Shown here: positions 52,923 to 55,410 of the stretch, piece after piece
Numbering within the stretch: position 1 is the stretch's first letter
How the letters are laid out: the number at the start of each line of letters is the position of its first letter
From: Thermoplasmata archaeon
GTDB lineage: Archaea; Thermoplasmatota; Thermoplasmata; Lutacidiplasmatales; UBA184
Direction: 5' to 3'
NCBI GenBank assembly: GCA_037916495.1
Contig: JBAIXP010000077.1
Coordinates: 1-55,410, forward strand
DNA: 55,410 bases
Program-made: the position numbers and the translations under genes
Notes under the pieces: model-generated
What the model saw: the letters and a program-made list of their open reading frames with translations, nothing else
The model's database searches: none
What the model was told of the DNA's origin: nothing

Positions 52923-54964
52923 CCCCGGCGAAGATTCCCGACCCCGCGCCGCTCCCCGGACGGTTCGAGCTCGAGACTGACCTCGTCCCGCAGGGCGACC
53001 AGCCCCGCGCGATCGAAGGGATCGTCGAGCGCCTCCGTGCGAAGGAGAAGTTCGTCACGCTCCTCGGCGTCACGGGGAGCGGCAAGACGTTCACGATGGC
53101 CCAGGTCGTGGAGAAGCTCCAGCGCCCGACCCTGGTCGTCAGCCCGAACAAGACGCTCGCCGCGCAGCTGGTGAGCGAGTTCCGCGCCCTGTTCCCGCGG
53201 AACGCGGTCGAGTACTTCGTGAGCTACTACGACTACTACCAGCCCGAAGCCTACGTCCCCCAGATCGACCTGTTCATCGAGAAGGACGCGGCGATCAACG
53301 AGGAGATCGACCGGCTGCGCCATCGTGCGACGCAGGCGCTCCTCACGCGGCGGGACGTCCTGATCGTTGCGTCGGTGAGCTGCATCTACGGCCTCGGCTC
53401 GCCCGAGGACTACCGCGCGTCGGTGATCTCCCTCTCGGTGGGCCAGGAGATCGCGCGGGCCGCTCTGCTCGAGCAGCTCGTGAGGATGAAGTACGCCCGC
53501 AACGACGTCGAGCTGCGGCGCGGCCGCTTCCGCGTCCGGGGCGGGACGATCGACGTGATGGGGGCGGGCGAGACCGTCCATCGGCTCGTCCTCGAGGGCA
53601 ACCGCCTCGCCACGATCGTGGAGCTCGACCCCGTGACCCAGGAGGAGCGCCGGGAGCTCTCCGAGCTCCTCGTCTTCCCGGCGACGCACTTCCTCACGAT
53701 CGACGAGCGAGTGAAGCGCATCCTCTCCGAGATCGAGAAGGAGCGCGACCAGCGGGTCGCCGAGCTCAAGGCCGAGGAGAAGATCGTCGAGGCGCAGCGC
53801 CTGCGCAGCCGGGTCGACTACGACCTCGAGATACTCCGCGAGACCGGCTACTGCTCGGGGATCGAGAACTACGCCCGCTACTTCTCCGGCCGACGACCGG
53901 GGGAGCCGCCGTACACGCTCCTTGACTTCTTCCCGGACGACTTTCTGGTCTTCCTGGACGAGTCGCACGTCACCGTCCCGCAGCTCCAGGGCATGTACAA
54001 GGGCGACCGGAGCCGCAAGGACAACCTCGTCGAGTTCGGCTGGCGGCTCCCCTCCTGCCGCGACAACCGGCCGCTCAAGTTCCCGGAGTTCCTCGGACAT
54101 GTTCCCCAGGCGGTCTTCGTCTCCGCGACGCCCGGCCCGTTCGAGCGGAAGGCGTCGCGCGGGGTGGTCGAACAGATCATCCGGCCCACCGGTCTCGTGG
54201 ACCCTCCGGTCGAGGTGCGGCCGCTCACCGGGCACATCGCCGACCTCGTGACGGAGCTCAAGGCGTGCGTGGCCCGCGGCGACCGTGCGCTGGTCACGAC
54301 CCTGACGAAGCGCACGAGCGAGGAGCTCTCGAACTACCTTGCGAACCAGGGGTTCAAGGTCCGCTACCTCCACTCGGAGGTGGAGACGCTCAAGCGGGTC
54401 GAGATCCTGCGGGACCTCAGGCTCGGGCGGTTCGACGTCCTCGTGGGGATCAACCTCCTCCGCGAGGGGCTCGACCTCCCCGAGGTAAGCTTCGTCGCGA
54501 TCCTGGACGCCGACAAGGAAGGCTATCTGAGGAGCGAGACGTCGATCGTCCAGACGGCCGGTCGCGCGAGCCGCAACCTCTCCGGAAGGGTGGTCCTCTA
54601 CGCCGATCGGACGACCGGCTCGATGCAACGGGCGATCGCCGAGATGGCCCGGCGCCGCGCCGCCCAGCTCGCGTTCAACGTCGAGCACCAGATCGTCCCG
54701 GAGACGGTCCGCAAGGAGGTCCGCTCGCTCCTCGGCCCCGAGGAGGAGGCTCCGTCGGGCGAGCTCTCGGTTGCCGGCCTCGGCAAGCAGTGGAAGGCCC
54801 GCCTTCCCCTCCTGCTCGCGAACCTCGAGGAGGAGATGCGGCTCGCGGCGGAGCAGCTCGACTTCGAGGAGGCCGCCCGCATCCGCGACCGCATCCGCGA
54901 GATCCGCCGGCGCGCCGAGGAGCGCTCGGCGCGCTCCCCCTCCGCACGTGCGGCCGCCGGCTAG
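52919..54964 (+). CDS. uvrB: Excinuclease ABC subunit B
   Basis: GVTGSGKTFTMA, YYDYYQPEAY (beta-hairpin region), DESH, helicase motifs, and a C-terminal UVR domain (LDFEEAARIRDRIREI). ATGA overlap with the larE-like gene. Confidence 0.95.
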   Translation: MTPAKIPDPAPLPGRFELETDLVPQGDQPRAIEGIVERLRAKEKFVTLLGVTGSGKTFTMAQVVEKLQRPTLVVSPNKTLAAQLVSEFRALFPRNAVEYFVSYYDYYQPEAYVPQIDLFIEKDAAINEEIDRLRHRATQALLTRRDVLIVASVSCIYGLGSPEDYRASVISLSVGQEIARAALLEQLVRMKYARNDVELRRGRFRVRGGTIDVMGAGETVHRLVLEGNRLATIVELDPVTQEERRELSELLVFPATHFLTIDERVKRILSEIEKERDQRVAELKAEEKIVEAQRLRSRVDYDLEILRETGYCSGIENYARYFSGRRPGEPPYTLLDFFPDDFLVFLDESHVTVPQLQGMYKGDRSRKDNLVEFGWRLPSCRDNRPLKFPEFLGHVPQAVFVSATPGPFERKASRGVVEQIIRPTGLVDPPVEVRPLTGHIADLVTELKACVARGDRALVTTLTKRTSEELSNYLANQGFKVRYLHSEVETLKRVEILRDLRLGRFDVLVGINLLREGLDLPEVSFVAILDADKEGYLRSETSIVQTAGRASRNLSGRVVLYADRTTGSMQRAIAEMARRRAAQLAFNVEHQIVPETVRKEVRSLLGPEEEAPSGELSVAGLGKQWKARLPLLLANLEEEMRLAAEQLDFEEAARIRDRIREIRRRAEERSARSPSARAAAG

Positions 54965-55015
54965 TCCCGTCCCTTCGTGGGCAAAGCGATTTTACGGCGA
55001 CGACATGCCGCGTTG

Positions 55016-55410
55016 ATGCCCCGCACCGCCTCCCCGGACCCGGGCGGGCTCGCGGGGCTCCGGTCCCGCTCCGCCCTCCCCGAGCTTCTCTTCCTTTACG
55101 AGTGCGCCACGTCCGAGCCCGCCCGCCTCCGGCCCATCGCCGACCGACTCGGCCTGACGGTCCAGGCGGCCTCGTACACCTTCCGGGCGCTCCGTCGGCG
55201 GGGCCTCGTGCGGGTCGAGAACGGGCGTTACCGCCCGACGGTCGAGGGGGTCGCCCGTCTTCACGGGGCGCTCGACCTTCTCTCGGAGGACCTCCGTCAG
55301 CGCATCGAGAGGCTGCACGTCGTGCGCTCGACGCGGGCGGTCGCGTTCGGGAGCGCCCTCGTCGAGGGCGACACGGTCTCGCTCGAGATCCGGGACGGGC
55401 TGCTCTCCGC
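55016..55410 (+). CDS. Winged-helix (MarR/ArsR-like) transcriptional regulator, 3'-truncated by the window edge
   Basis: Not in the track because there is no stop inside the window. My translation is MPRTASPDPG...LLFLYECATSEPARLRPIADRLGLTVQAASYTFRALRRRGLVRVENGRYRPT..., with high GC3. A TATA-like GATTTTAC lies about 25 nt upstream. Confidence 0.5.
   Translation, partial: MPRTASPDPGGLAGLRSRSALPELLFLYECATSEPARLRPIADRLGLTVQAASYTFRALRRRGLVRVENGRYRPTVEGVARLHGALDLLSEDLRQRIERLHVVRSTRAVAFGSALVEGDTVSLEIRDGLLS

Noticed and set aside
52397-54688. 763-aa minus-strand ORF
   Set aside because: It is antisense to the larE-like gene and uvrB.
1-55410. Screen for mobile elements, CRISPR arrays, rRNA, prophage or defence genes (transposase DDE motifs, integrase, Cas, restriction-modification, toxin-antitoxin)
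   Set aside because: Nothing recognisable on either strand. No long direct or inverted repeats were noticed by eye. A computational repeat search was not possible here and would be the decisive check.

Overview
Very GC-rich archaeal chromosome segment, about two-thirds to 70% G+C by eye (not computed). Gene content suggests a Thermoplasmata-like euryarchaeon, but that is a low-confidence inference. I support about 58 protein genes, one tRNA-Pro(GGG), several archaeal TATA boxes and one pair of related hairpins.

Almost everything is core housekeeping:
- the exosome/proteasome superoperon (psmA-sdo1-rrp4-rrp41-rrp42-rpl37ae-rpoP), followed by radB and ogt
- a short rps12-rps7-aEF2 operon
- a udg-polB operon
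- ADP-forming acetyl-CoA synthetase and a two-subunit 2-oxoacid:ferredoxin oxidoreductase
- molybdopterin genes moaD, moaE and moeA
- purM, purQ, pyrC, glyS and trm1
- an Lhr-type helicase and a bacterial-type uvrB
- a glucose dehydrogenase / KDG-aldolase-like pair

Many of the long ORFs in the supplied track are out-of-frame or antisense shadows, because stop codons are rare at this GC content. I trimmed several fused ORFs to homology-supported start codons, and I added rpoP (44 aa) and a 3'-partial wHTH gene that are missing from the track.

I saw no CRISPR array, transposase, integrase, prophage, toxin-antitoxin or recognisable defence island, and no convincing candidate for a wholly new multi-gene system. 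The leads most worth a second look are:
1. a 121-aa protein whose C-terminus resembles the ribosomal P-stalk factor-recruiting peptide
2. a TraB/Tiki-family paralog that has lost both GxxH motifs and is translationally coupled to a COG1395-type regulator
3. trm1, which has no ATG/GTG/TTG start available
4. two related hairpins in a relatively AT-richer gap between aEF-2 and ogt
5. long convergent gene overlaps that add Arg/Pro-rich tails to conserved enzymes

All functional calls come from motif and family recognition by eye. No database search was run.
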